Origin: Octopus vulgaris
Lineage: Eukaryota
Direction of reading: 5' to 3'
DNA: 64,000 nt
Assembly: GCA_951406725.2 (NCBI GenBank)
Contig: OX597821.1
Location: 67,890,001 to 67,954,000 of the forward strand
In this document: positions 1 to 13,224 of the stretch, in pieces
Layout of the letters: each line of letters opens with the position of its first letter
Position numbering within the stretch: the stretch's first letter is position 1
The notes under the pieces: generated by a model
Told to the model about the DNA's origin: nothing
The model's database searches: none
Seen by the model: only the letters and a program-made list of their open reading frames with translations
Program-made: the position numbers and the translations under genes

Positions 1-265
1 GTCGGATGAAAGCTTGGTTTCTAAATATTTTACATATTCTGTCACCACTACCGACTTCCTTCATCTCAATTTCGTATGGCCATTTGTCACAACTTAAGAA
101 TTTCTGCGCTGGAACCGGGTGGAGGTGTGTATGTGACATTATATGATATATGATAATTCGTGCTTATTTGTTTGTTCTGGGGGTCGTTTTTATGATATGT
201 GGATTGCAGGATGTCTTTGATTTAGCAGACTTATCATTAGAGGCGTTCCAACCATGAACATTGTG

Positions 266-501
266 TTTAGAGTTGGCCAAAAGTCACCTGGCAGTAAATG
301 AAAGCAATTTAATTCCAAGATTTATTTATGTTTAACAACTGAATGAATTTGATAAAAGTGTCTAAATATGAAACATCATGAAATTTGTTGAAATTGAAAG
401 CCTTCTTGAGTGACAAATTTTTCCATTCGAGTCATGCAGAAGTACAGATGCTGTTTATGGAATTTTGATTTACTGTCGGGTGACTTTTGGCCAACTCCAA
501 A
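266..501. mobile_element. mariner-derived MITE (~236 bp) with ~34-bp terminal inverted repeats
   Basis: tttagagttggccaaaagtcacctggcagtaaat (266-299) is the reverse complement of 468-501 with 3 mismatches. The interior reads LLKLKAFLSDKFF..AEVQ, resembling the mariner transposase C-terminus. Confidence 0.7.
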
Positions 502-504
502 TAT

Positions 505-655
505 ATTCTTTTATTTGTTTCAGACATGCTTTGTAAACCTAGTATTTATTCTATCGGTGTTATGCTGAACCGCTAAGTTACGGGGACGTAAACACGCCAG
601 CATCGGTTGTCAAGCGATGCTGGAGGGACAAATACAGACACAGAAACACACACAT
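505..655 (-). mobile_element. SINE family B, 3' part
   Basis: Reverse complement matches the 3' half of the copies at 4065 and 25166 (cgcttgacaaccgatgctgg...gtccccgtaacttagcggttc). Confidence 0.8.
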
Positions 656-665
656 ACACATATGC

Positions 666-732
<67 letters not shown>

Positions 733-830
733 TAACAACGGTAAGATAACAAAAGAAAGAAAGAGACCTCAATATTATGTAAATAGAGGAAAATTATCTA
801 TAAAATAATGTTACAATTACTCAATAGTCA

Positions 831-893
831 AGATAAAACTCTGAGTTTCAGATGCCGAAGTGGAAATCCACAACACCATCTCTTCGGTTATCT
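831..893 (-). ncRNA. type-I hammerhead ribozyme-like motif (U4C core variant), minus-strand copy
   Basis: Reverse complement of the motif at 1719-1781. Confidence 0.6.
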
Positions 894-1718
894 GGCCATC
901 TGAAAGAACGCTATGAAAAAATACCGTTATATAAAGGGAAATTACTGTGTTATAATTATATAAAATAAGATTAAAATTTCATAGTAAAACACGTAAAACA
1001 TGGCTAGTCATACGCTTACATGTGTGCTCGCGAATCCACGTTCGTATTTATACGTCACTATGAAAACGTACACATCTTCACTCGCATTTTTCGCCAAATA
1101 TATACGCATATATATACAAACTCGTACACACACACATGCGTACCGTAAAAGTTCATACATACGTCTATATACGCACAAGCACAAGAAAAACCATGGTTAA
1201 AGGTAACATAAAAAAAAAACATAAGGAAGCATAAAAACAACGTTCATATACGGACATACCCTTATGCACTCATACACAGACATGCCCTTATATGTACATA
1301 CCCGCACATGTTTATATATGCATACACACACACGCATATACAAAAAATTAATATACATATGCCCCCACCAAAAAAAACCCTAAAAAAATGGAAAAATACT
1401 AAGTAAAAACGTCTATATATATATTTGCATTTTTATGCCCGCACACACGCACATATCTAAACTTTACGGTACGCATGTGTGTGTGTATGAGTTTGTATAT
1501 ATATGCGTATATATTTGGCGAAAAATGCGAGTGAAGATGTGTACGTTTTCATAGTGACGTATAAATACGAACGTGGATTCGCGAGCGCACATGTAAGCGT
1601 ATGACTAGCCATGTTTTACGTGTTTTACTATGAAATTTTAATCTTATTTTATATAATTATAACACAGTAATTTCCCTTTATATAACGGTATTTTTTCATA
1701 GCGTTCTTTCAGATGGCC

Positions 1719-1781
1719 AGATAACCGAAGAGATGGTGTTGTGGATTTCCACTTCGGCATCTGAAACTCAGAGTTTTATCT
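1719..1781 (+). ncRNA. type-I hammerhead ribozyme-like motif (U4C core variant)
   Basis: Stem I AGATAA/TTATCT; core CCGAAGA (1725-1731); stem II GATG/CATC plus one extra T; GAAA (1763-1766); quasi-palindromic CTCAGAG; then TT as the UH site. Confidence 0.6.
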
Positions 1782-1806
1782 TGACTATTGAGTAATTGTA
1801 ACATAT

Positions 1807-1856
<50 letters not shown>

Positions 1857-1977
1857 CACGGTTGAAGCTACATGCCAAGGGCAGAAATCACGTGCTTTCG
1901 TGTGGGAATTTGTGTGTTTTTTTACTATAAATAAATGAAAGAATGGAGTCGAACGACGATTTAACAAAATTCCTTTA

Positions 1978-2058
1978 TTCTGGACATATGTTTCGAAGAC
2001 TGCATATTCTTAATTCCGAAGGAATAAAGGGTGCATTATGCCGCCTTCTCATTAGGAA
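1978..2058 (-). ncRNA. degenerate minimal hammerhead ribozyme motif
   Basis: Minus strand: CTAATGA (G5A variant of CUGAUGA); stem II GAAGGCGGCATA/TATGCAGTCTTC (11 of 12 pairs); GAAA; palindrome CATATG; TC. Stem I pairs poorly. Confidence 0.6.
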
Positions 2059-2637
2059 AGACAAGGAACTTATGTCAGCATCATGACGAACAAAACTTTT
2101 AGATAATTGCCCACACGGAGTCCATAGTGATAATGAGTGTTTCTTTAAAATATTCCGTTATAAGCAGTGACGTCAAAATTGGTTGGATGGAGAAGATTCT
2201 AAAAAGTTCAAGAGTTCAAAAATGGTTGAAGGGGAAAGATCTAAGAATAGGAAGGTGACAGAGTGCAAGTCGTATGTATGGAGATGCGTTGTTGTTTGCT
2301 TTTGCTAATGAGATTGAGTGCCTATGTGTGTGTATGTATATAACTGCATTCGTGTCTATGTGTGTGTATGTGTGTGCGTGATTGTGTGTGTGGGGGTAAA
2401 TGCCAAATACATCTAGTGGTGAAGTGACAGGTTTGTATCTGTGTGTTTGATTGTGCTTATGATAGAGAGAGGGAGATAGAGAGATAGGGGGAGAGGTAGA
2501 GAGACAAAGGTAAAACAAACCCCAACGAAATTTGGTAGTAGCCCTTCATGTAACGGAGTATAAAAAAATTTGTCTATGGTGGTGTTGTAGAAGTGGAACC
2601 AAATTATTAAATTCAAGGAGGTTATCTGTGTTAATCA

Positions 2638-3024
2638 TCATTCTGAGTGGAAGGTGTGTTTCTGCCAGTGCATGCACCTATAGGATTTTTCTACCATTGT
2701 GTTTACCAAAGGGAATTTGGCGAAAAGTATATAGAAAAGCTCGGAATTACAGATGCCGCAATATTTTCTGCCCTTATCAAAAGGAAAGGATACAGACAAT
2801 ATGGACCATTCCAGCTTGAAAGTTATATTGCTGTCCTTAAGACGCCAAACTAATTTACTTAGTCCTGTACTTTGTTGGTTTCTCTTATCTCGGAAAGTTG
2901 AATAATGATTGGAAATCCTCTGGGATAATTTAGAAATAGTCGCCCCAATATAGATGAAGACACCGGTACCGGAAGAGAATTTACACTGGTAAATGGAATT
3001 TCTAATTTTGGAATTACTGGACAA
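2638..3024 (-). pseudogene. GIY-YIG endonuclease domain of a Penelope-like element (C-terminal ORF fragment)
   Basis: SIYQC...YIG...RISNH...STGLSKLVW.LK...W.IL...CGICNSE...VN...E...RCMH matches the GIY-YIG signature (GIY, YIG, R, E, N) with a Cys/His-bearing tail typical of PLE endonucleases. Confidence 0.8.
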
Positions 3025-3106
3025 GAACTTTAATCTGTTAGGGTTTACCTCCGAGACTAAGACGGAGTTTTTATTGTATTTTATTGTAGTAATCCCAATA
3101 CATTTT

Positions 3107-3812
<706 letters not shown>

Positions 3813-4064
3813 ACACATGCGGGCACACACAATTCAAAAATTTCTAGGGACCTCACTTTCAACCAAAGATTCTGTGCATGGAAATAGGATAAAATTTTAA
3901 TAAAACAAACTGTTAACTAATCTCTTGCTGAACCAATAATTGTTTTACCACTTTCATATGGCAACAGTTTTCCTTCTATATTATATATATATGCATAATT
4001 CAATTTTTTTAATACACACGCATATATATATTTATGCAGGAATATGTATAGAAAATGTATATAT

Positions 4065-4476
4065 AGGCGCAGGATGGGCTGTGTGGTAAGTAGCTTGCTT
4101 ACCAACCACATGACTCCGGGTTCAGTCCCGCTGCGTGGCACTTTGGGCAAGTGTCTTCTACAATAGCCTCAGGCCGACCAAAGCCTTGTGAGTGGATTTG
4201 CTAGACGGAAACTGAAGGAAGCCCGTCGTATTTATGTATATATATGTATGTGTGTGTATATGTTTGTGTGTCTGTGTTTGTGTCCCCACAATCGCTTAAC
4301 AACCGATGCTGGTGTGTTTAAGTCCCCGTAACATAGCGGTTCGGCAAAAGAGACCGATAGAATAAGTACTAGTAGGCTTACAACGAATAAGTCCTGAGGT
4401 CGATTTGCTCGACTAAAGGAGGTGCTCCAGCATGGCTGCAGTCAAATGTTTGAAACAATTAAAAGAGTAAAGAGTA
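4065..4476 (+). mobile_element. tRNA-derived SINE family B, full length
   Basis: ggcgcagga..ggctgtgtggtaag (A-box-like), gggttcagtccc (B-box-like), CORE-like ctttgggcaagtgtcttc, internal (TG)n and (AAAGAGT)n tail. Many copies occur in the window. Confidence 0.85.
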
Positions 4477-4499
4477 CTGTTTTGTTGGTAAAAGTAAAT

Positions 4500-4870
4500 A
4501 ATCCTTTCTACTATACCCACAAGGCCTGAAATTTTGGAGAAGGGGCAAGTCGACTACATCCACCCCGGTACTCAACTGGTACTTAAGTTAGCGAGCCCGA
4601 AATTTGAACTCAGAACGTAGCAGCAGACGAAATACCTATTTCTTTACTACCCACAAGGGGCTAACACAGAGAGGACAAACAAGGACACACAAACGGATTA
4701 AGTCGATATATATCGACCCCAGTGCGTAACTGGTACTTATTTAATCGACCCCGAAAGGATGAAAGGCAAAGTTGACCTCGGTAGAATTTGAACTCAAAAC
4801 TTTGCGGCAGACGAAATACCGCTAAGCATTTCACCCTGCGTGCTAACAATTCTGCCAAGCTCGCCGCCCC
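4500..4870 (-). mobile_element. SINE family A, composite or duplicated
   Basis: Reverse complement of the family A consensus (ggcggcgagctggcagaa...gagttcaaattccgccgaggtcgactttgcctttcatcctttcggggtcgat). Confidence 0.8.
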
Positions 4871-5809
4871 TGGTAAAAGTAAATGACGTTTAACATCATA
4901 TCAGCCTTCAAGTCGTGACCATGCCGCCTTGCCTCTGTTTCTCTCCAAATTCTTTTCACGCTCATTTGCTGATATCATAGAGGTTGTCAGAGGGCACAGA
5001 ATGACAGAGAAGAAAATAAAAGAGTGTGTGTTTGCAGTAAGTAAGCGGGGTGGGAACGGGCGTGAGATATTTTATGTACAGTAAATGATAAAATATTTTG
5101 AGGAAGTGCTGATAAATTATTGTCGGAAGATGTTGGGTGCTAAAATGAGAAAACTGTCATGGCAATGAGTGTGTATATGGAGTGCTTTTGTGAAAGATAT
5201 CTATACATATATGTCTGTGTGAGTATGTGTGCGCGTGAGTGTGCGCGTGCGTGTGTGCGTACGCATGTATACGCATGTGTGTGAGTACGTTGTATTTGTG
5301 TGTATGTACGTATTTATGTGTGCATGCATGTGTGTGTACATGCTTTTGTGTATGCATGTTTGTATATAGAGCGGAAGTAAGAACAGTACATCAAAAATCT
5401 GTCCAAATATGAGACGGTGTGCTTTGGAACATACATACCAAAACTTCTAAAGTAACGGTTCTAAACTGCCGAATACCAGCCAGTCATTAAAGGAAAAGTC
5501 AAATATTTTCTCTTGTTACTGCACTTCATAAATTAGAAGACAAAATATAGTGTTTGTCCATAAAATTCTTCCTTCTACACAATGTGGTAGGAGAAGCTAA
5601 AACAATTTATCATGTTGATTTTATTATACATTGCCATTTAAGTGCCCCTTTTTCAATCTTCACAGGCCCTACCAGTGGGGTGACAAGCCACCTATGAGAA
5701 ACATTGCTATGAGAATGAGATGAAAACTTTAACCGGTGGACAATAACATTCGCCCTTATTGAAGCAAACATCTATAATGTTATACACGGAAAAATATAAA
5801 TATATATAA

Positions 5810-6040
5810 GGCGGCGAGCTGGCAGAATCGTTAGAACACTGGGCGAAATGCTTAGAGGTATTTCGCCCGTCTTTACATTTTGAGTTCAAATTCCGCCGAG
5901 GTTGACTTTGCCCTTTCATCCTTTCTGGGTCGATAAATTAAGAACCAGTTGCTCACTGGGGTCGATGTATTCGACTTAATCCCTTTGTCTGTCCTCATTT
6001 GTCCCCTCTATATTTAACCCCCTGTGAGCAATAAAGAAAT
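5810..6040 (+). mobile_element. tRNA-derived SINE family A with Deu/Nin-like central domain
   Basis: B-box-like gagttcaaattcc followed by ctttcatcctttctgggtcgataaattaagaacc, which resembles the Deu/Nin SINE domain. Multicopy in the window. Confidence 0.85.
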
Positions 6041-6067
6041 ATATTTATGAGTGTGTGTGTGTGTGTG

Positions 6068-6400
6068 TGGCTCAAGGGTTAGAGCGTCGGGCACACAATC
6101 ATGAGGTAGTGAGTTCAATTCCAAGACCGGATTGTGTGATGTGTTCTTGCGCAAGACATTTTATTTTACGTTGTTCCAGTTCACTCAACTGTAAAAATGA
6201 GTTGCAACGTCACTGATGCCGAGCTGTATCAGTCTTTGCCTTTCCTTTGGATAACACTAGTGGCGTGGATAGGGGAGGCTGCTATGCATGGGTGACATCT
6301 GGTCTTCTGTAAACAACCTTGACCGGACTTGTGCCTCGGAGAGTAACTTTCTAGGTGAAAACCCATCGTTATTCATGATCGAAGGGGGCTTTTACCCTTT
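6068..6400 (+). mobile_element. tRNA-derived SINE family D
   Basis: tggctcaagggttagagc...gagttcaattcc...tgtgttcttgcgcaagaca. Relatives occur at about 9525, 21530-21920(-), 33770-33990(-), 36282 and 46953. Confidence 0.7.
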
Positions 6401-6919
6401 AACCTTTGTGTGTTTGTGTGTGTGTGTGTGTGTGTATTTAAACTTGCTTATGTTGCATGTGTTAAATAATGTATTTCACATGATGGATTAACAGACACCT
6501 TAGAGCGTCAGACAAAATGTCCAGTGTTAGTTGTTGTAACTCCCGAAGCTCACATTTCAAATACCATCATGATCAGATTTACCTTTCATCGTACGCAAGA
6601 GATACGTAATAATTTAGATATGGAAACTTCTAGAAGGGCTACCACACGAATTTGGTATCAGCTGTAGTAATCCCAATACATTACTGTGTCGAGTGCTAGA
6701 ACTCATAGGGCCAATTGTCCCATTTCTATGTCGTATAAGTGACCGTGATTACAATTTTACCCCCCACCCCACCCACCCACTCAACGGGACGTCGGTCCGT
6801 CGGTCCGTCGGAAGGTTACTCATTTGCAGCTACGTAGTCTGCAGTAACCTGAAATGAAGTGTTTCGCTCGACGACACAATGCGCAGCCCGGTCCGGAAAT
6901 CGAAACTACGTTTTTGTGA

Positions 6920-7516
6920 TCATGTATGCAGAGAAGAGCAGATGTCAACTCGAGATTTGCGGTTGCTTTCGGACAAATCATGAGGCACCAATTTTCCAAG
7001 TTTAGGAACCTTTCCAAGTTGTTGAAGATGACGATGAACAGCTGTATGGTTTGAACTAAGTTTTATTGCCAATTCTTCAACTGATAATGCAGGATTTCTT
7101 TCAAGTAATGCCTCAAAGAGCTTATCATCAAACTCAATTGGACGTCCTGTTCGATTTTCGTCTTCAAGGCTGAAATATCCACTTCTGAATTTTGCAAACC
7201 ATCTTCTGCAAGTTCTTTCATTCAAGCATTCTTACCCATAAATTGAGTGTATGTTTCGAGCCGCTTCGGCTGCAGAGTTTCCTTTTTGTACTCATAAAGC
7301 ATTATTGTGCCTCAAATGCTCTTTGGATACTTCCATGTTAGAAAGAGTCAAAGAAATTTTAATTCTATTATTCTGTAAAATAATATTTAATTAGTTTAAA
7401 TGTACACAAAAGCATGAAAATAATTTCAAATTCCGTTAGAAATTCTAAAATATTATTAAATTTCATTCAATTTAAAAAAAGGCAAAATCGGACAGAACTT
7501 ATGGGATGACCAGATA
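6920..7516 (-). mobile_element. mariner transposon, 5' half (TIR plus N-terminal transposase pseudogene)
   Basis: ORF with RRWFAKFRSG..SLEDENRTGRP (HTH) and KLVPHDL (WVPHEL motif). A TIR-like end tatctggtcatcccataagttc lies on the minus strand near 7516. Confidence 0.9.
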
Positions 7517-8818
7517 TATGAAACCACAAGAATCCGCAAGGGTGCGAAGTATTCTTAAAATTTAAGGAGCATGTTAGTTATATGAAACATGACGAATATA
7601 AAATATTCCCTGTCTTTTTTTTTTATAACACAATTTTCTATATCATCGAAACCTAGTCAGCAGACAAGTCATACTCCAAAGAGTGAGATGTCATGGCTTA
7701 TAAACAGTTAGAACAGTACCCGTGCAGACAAACAAAAGCATATGTTTAGTATGTATACACGTAAATAGGCTATACTCGTGTTTCATCACTATGTATCTTG
7801 CTATCTAGCTAAATAATTAGTTATCTATCGAGCCGTCTCTGTATCCGCATAGGAAGCAGTGTAGATGTCATTCATATTTTTTCTATTTGTCCATCCCCAT
7901 CTTTGTATCTATGTCACCCACACATCAGCCCATATGCCTACGTATATATATTTTTTTTTTATTTATACATATATGTGTGTGTGTGTGTGTACGTGTACGA
8001 ATAAGTGTGTGTGTGTATATACATATGTATAAGTATAAATAATATACATACACACTCAACACTTGTGTTTGTTTGCTTGTTTGTATATACGTTTATAAAG
8101 ATGTATACAGGGAGTGTCTGAGCGTTGACATATACAATATGTATACATTCTGAACGTGTCATCCAGAGATATGATCGGTAATTTGATCGGTAATTTGTAT
8201 GTGTGTGTGTGCCAGTATAAGTTTGTGTATGAGTGTGTGTGTGTGTGTGTGTGTGTGTGCGTTTGTGTGTGTGTGTGCGTGCGTGCGGGCCTGTGTGTAT
8301 GTTTCAAATGTCACGAAGTTCGCCTTATCACAGATTGTCACAAACATATATGTATGTATAAATATATATACATATACGTATATAAAATGAACGGCAGGAG
8401 ATGCAGACACACATAAGATGTAATGTACAGACATGCATACACCAGAACACACAATTACACAGCGTATACATACAAATTCATCTTCTATGTGTAGATATGG
8501 TATATATATATATATATATATGTATATATAAATAAATATATATATATATTTCCACACGCAATCAGACATAGACAAAACCCCAGTACATATAATGTATACT
8601 ATAAACACGCACACACACACACTCACACACACACACACACACATACACACACACACACACACACAAACACACACACGGGGACTCCATCATATACGTTTAA
8701 AAGTATACATGCTGAAAGGAATTTTCCTGTACTGGTAACCAAAGTCACGCAGACACTATTCTTTCGTAAATACAAACACACTCTCAAACTTATGCACACG
8801 CACGGACGCACGCAAACA

Positions 8819-8872
<54 letters not shown>

Positions 8873-10429
8873 GTGTGTTCCAACATCTACGCACACAGTC
8901 CATAAACAAACAGCCACCGTAAACAAACAACCAGCACATTAAAAGGAAAATATAAGAGGAAACAACGTCGCTCCAGAAAATATAAATTTTCACGTCAAGA
9001 AATTGACCCACCGCCAACACCATCACCACCACTACCACAATCTCCACCGCAACCACAACCTTCACCACTACAGCCACACCCCCATCCTCCACCACAACCA
9101 CCACCACCGTAACCATTAGCTACACTGTTCCTGTCACCATCAGCAATATATGTCACTCATCGCCGCTGAAAGCCAAGTCATGTCCTCGATTTGTGTGGAA
9201 GAAAGATGTGGTCGGGGCAAGGTTAATTTTTTTCTTGTTGCTCTTTTTATTTGGCTCCAGGTCTTGCCTGAACGAGCAGAACCTATAATCAAAGACATTC
9301 CAACTACGACCACCTGTCTTGTGTGTTTGTGTATGTATGTGTGTATGCGTGCGTGTGTGTGCCTGTGTGAGTACGGTGAATTTGTGGTTAAGGAGTTCTC
9401 ATTTCAACCACTTGATTTCCGTCCGCTTTAGTGTCTCCTGCTACAAACTCTGGGCGAACGATGTCTTGTGAGTGATTTTGCGAAGGAAACTTGTTGAAGC
9501 CCATCGTGTATATATGTATGCAGTGAAGGCGTGTGGCCAAGTGGTTACCGTATTCGGCTCTCTATCGTAAGTTTATGAGCTCGATTCCTGTGAGCGCATT
9601 ATGCCCTTAAGCAAGACACCTTATTTCACGTTGCCCCAGTCCACTCAGTCCATTCAGTTGTACTTGTAATTCAAAGAGCCAACCTCCTCACATTCTGAAT
9701 CGCCATGAGAGCGACGTTAAGGGTTCACGCATCTGTGGAATACTCAGTCATTTGCATGTTAATTTCACGAGCAAACTATTCCGTGGACCGTATCAAGTGG
9801 AACACTCTTCGTCATAAACGACGGAGAGCCATGCCATATGTATGTTCGTGTGTGTCCATGTGTGTGTGCGCGCGTGTGTGTGTATGGTTCTCTGTACACC
9901 ACCTGCACTTGACAACCGGTGGTCGTTTGTTTACGTCTCCGAAGAATAAGCACTAGGCTTTAAAATAAATATTGGAATGAATGTGTTCCGCTAAAACATT
10001 TCAAAGGCTGTGTCACATCATGGCCGCCGTCTAGTGGCTGAAGCAAGTTTAAGAAAAGAGACAACTCAATTGTATCTATACATATATAAATGTGCGTGTG
10101 TGCTAATGAGTGTGTATGTATGTGTGTGTGTGTGTGTCCGTACTTGTGTGTGTGTGTGTCCGTACTTGTGTGTGTGTGTGTGGCCGTATTTGTGTGTGTA
10201 ACTGTCTGAATATGGACCGACGTACAACGTACATTACAACGTACATTGCAACGATATTATAGAGAACTACAAGCAAAATGTATATATTGTAACAGAGTAC
10301 TGTAGTTGGTCCAATGACAACGTCAGTACTTGACTAATATGGCAATTTAACGGACACGGGGATAAAAGGCGACATTAGTATTTACGTTAAACCGACAACA
10401 GTCTTCTAACGTAGTTCAATGTATGTGTG

Positions 10430-10479
<50 letters not shown>

Positions 10480-10540
10480 CGTGTATGCATACATACATAC
10501 ATACATACATGCAAACAAACAAGTATATACATGAGTGTAT

Positions 10541-10624
<84 letters not shown>

Positions 10625-10627
<3 letters not shown>

Positions 10628-10970
10628 TGGCTGTGTGGTGAGAAGCTTGCTTACGAACCACATGGTTCCGGGTTCAGTCCCACTGCATGACACCTTGCGC
10701 AAGTGTCTTCTACTATAGCCTTGGGCCGAACAAAGACTTTTGAGTTGATTTGGTAGATGGAAACTAGAAGAAGCCCGTCGTATATGTATATATCTGTAGG
10801 TGAGTGTGCCTTTGTTTCTGTTTTTGGTTCCCTCCCCACCTACTACCGCTTCACAACCGGTATTGGTGTGTGTACGTCTCCGTAACTTAGCGGTTTAGCA
10901 AAAGACACCGATAGAATAAGTACCAAGCTTTAAAAAAAAAAGAATCCTGGAGTTGATTTGTTCGACTACA
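10625..10970 (+). mobile_element. SINE family B
   Basis: Matches the 4065 copy and is cut off at its 3' end next to the inverted repeat at 10984. Confidence 0.8.
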
Positions 10971-10983
10971 CCGCCAGTCCTTG

Positions 10984-11144
10984 CCAACATAATGTGGCTG
11001 TTCTGAAAGGGACAATGTTACTGTTATTTTAGCTCCAAGAAACATCATTTCTAGCTCGCTTAACAACACACTATCAGATACGATGATTCTTAGGGCTGAA
11101 ACAACAGTGACTTCGTCCCTTCCGGGACAGCCACATTATGTTGG
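10984..11144. repeat. imperfect inverted repeat with ~60-bp arms
   Basis: ccaacataatgtggctgttctgaaagggacaatgttactgtt versus the reverse complement of 11085-11144, ccaacataatgtggctgtcccggaagggacgaagtcactgtt. Confidence 0.8.
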
Positions 11145-11249
11145 AAAATATCCTTTACTTTAAAGAACTGATACTGAATGTCTCTCTTTGAGAGATTTTG
11201 AAATAATTATATTTCTATATATATATATTATGTTATGCTAATATGCTAA

Positions 11250-11680
11250 TTACTTACTCAAACCCTTCCGTCCCAATGGGACATAGGCCATCGACGTCTG
11301 TCCTGTACTGTTCTCTAGAGTCTAAGCTGTTTCTTCTACTTCTCTCCGGTTAGACACCTGCTTTTTTAGCTCTACCTCAATATCTCGCCTCCACCAATTT
11401 TTAGGGCATCTTCAGGTCAGCCTCTTTTCTTAGCCCCGGAGATTATTAATGCTTTTGTATTGTGGACGCTTCAGTAACTTAGCTTTCGTTTCTCAAGGTG
11501 GGGGCTGTTGTCCCTTCGCAAACGCAATTTTATGTCCGGGAAGAAGTGATCCAATATAATCTGGCTTTTAATCTTTGACGTCTCCAGTAAGGGAAGCTTT
11601 ACCATTAGTTTGTGCTCCGCAGGCATATCTCTCGGGGTCATTGAGGCAGCAGTCTACCACACTGGACCTTGTGGTGGATT
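11250..11680 (-). mobile_element. RTE-clade LINE derivative (3' end plus probable 5' UTR)
   Basis: Minus strand 11250-11420 encodes PKNWWRRDIEVELKK...VDGLCPIG, the RTE C-terminal pattern, ending in a gagtaagtaa tail. 11480-11680 resembles an RTE 5' UTR (less certain). Confidence 0.6.
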
Positions 11681-12446
11681 TTACTGTATAGTAGATAAAT
11701 GTTAGTAGGTTTGCACTCAGAGCAGACCCTTCTGAATTACGCTCTGTTTGGCAATTAGTATATATCAGCAATAGTTAAGAAACCCCTGTCATAAATATAT
11801 TCAATCAACACGAAAAGTTCTGAAGTTTAGGTCGAGAGAGGAAGAGAGAGAGAGACAGAGAGGGACAAAGAGACAGATGTGAATAAATAAACAAAAGTTT
11901 AACAGATGAAAAGATCGATAGATTGAGAGATAGATCGATATAATCATAGATATTTACAGACATAGATAAAAATAGTATCGCATACAATACTGTATTCCAT
12001 TATACCAACTGAACTAAGTATTTTTGAGTATATTTATGTGTATGTAAAATTATGTATGTATGTATGTATGAATGTGTCGCGATGTGCGTAGTAATAAGTG
12101 TGTTTACGCGTGCGTTTTTAGAATTTTGTATTAGTGATTCAAGTAAACAATATTAAGCGACACATTTCAATTTGTTTTTATGATAGTTTTGCGTACGTCA
12201 TTCGGTACATCATCTATCTGAATTTATAAATCCCCAGCATAGTCTTATTTGAATTCTTTGTCAGAGCTCTGTCCACAAATTTCAACCAGTTTGATTAACT
12301 GTGCGGCACACTATTTATTGGCAAATGCCATCTACTATAATTCGGGTTTGGCAAGGTTTTGTGTGTGAAATATCTTAAAACGTAAATTGGATATGGAAAT
12401 ACGTCGTTATACATCAACACATTGACATACATGTATAATTCGCTGG

Positions 12447-12845
12447 GGCGGCGAGCTGGCAGAAACGTTAGCACGCCGGGCGAAATGCGTAGCCGTATTT
12501 CGTCTGTCGTTACGTTGTGGGTTCAAATTCCGCCGAGGTCGACTTTGCCTTTCATCCTTTCGGGGTCGATAAATTAAGTACCAGTTACACACTGGGGTCG
12601 ATGTAATCGACTTAATACCTATGTCTGTCCTTGTTTGTCCCCTCTGTGTTTAGCCCCTTGTGGGTAATAAAGAAATAGGTATTTTATCTACCGTTACGTT
12701 GTGAGTTCAAATTCCGCCGAGGTCGACTTTGCCTTTCATCCTTTCGAGCTCGATTAAAAAAGTAACACTTCCGCACTGAGATCGACTTAATCTCCTTGTC
12801 TGTCCTTGTTTGTCCCTTGTAAGTTTAGCCCCCTGTCGGTAATAA
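12447..12845 (+). mobile_element. SINE family A with tandem partial duplication
   Basis: A full copy to ~12677 is followed by a second 5'-truncated copy starting at ~12680. Confidence 0.85.
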
Positions 12846-12879
<34 letters not shown>

Positions 12880-12882
12880 GTT

Positions 12883-13201
12883 TATGTATGTATGTATGTA
12901 TGTATGTATGTATGTATGTATGTATGTATGTATGTATGTATGTATGTATGTATGTATGTATGTATGTATGTATGTATGTATGTATGTATGTATGTATGTA
13001 TGTATGTATGTATGTATGTATGTATGTATGTATGTATGTATGTATGTATGTATGTATGTATGTATGTATGTATGTATGTATGTATGTATGTATGTATGTA
13101 TGTATGTATGTATGTATGTATGTATGTATGTATGTATGTATGTATGTATGTATGTATGTATGTATGTATGTATGTATGTATGTATGTATGTATGTATGTA
13201 T
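12883..13201. repeat. perfect (TATG)n microsatellite, ~320 bp
   Basis: Read directly. Confidence 0.97.
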
Positions 13202-13224
13202 GGTTATGTATGCGCGTCTGTGTA

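Larger units (their letters stand above)
731..1816 (-). mobile_element. Penelope-like element 3'-end fragment with long inverted duplication
   Basis: Arms 799-1152 and 1461-1816 are near-perfect reverse complements around a ~308-bp spacer. There is an unpaired tail at 731-798, a hammerhead-like motif in each arm, (TA)n on both flanks and a relative at 48996-49165. Confidence 0.7.
1855..3110 (-). mobile_element. 5'-truncated Penelope-like retroelement (GIY-YIG domain, 3' UTR and hammerhead remnant)
   Basis: A GIY-YIG ORF (2638-3024) is followed on the same strand by a hammerhead-like motif (1978-2058). (TA)n flanks both ends, and 1935-1995 is homologous to 40009-40080. Confidence 0.8.

Noticed and set aside
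9130-9310. Possible host exons (also near 47400, 60370 and 62165) after pyrimidine tract plus AG
   Set aside because: No recognisable protein similarity or consistent donor and frame. RNA-seq would be needed, so a host gene with small exons cannot be excluded.
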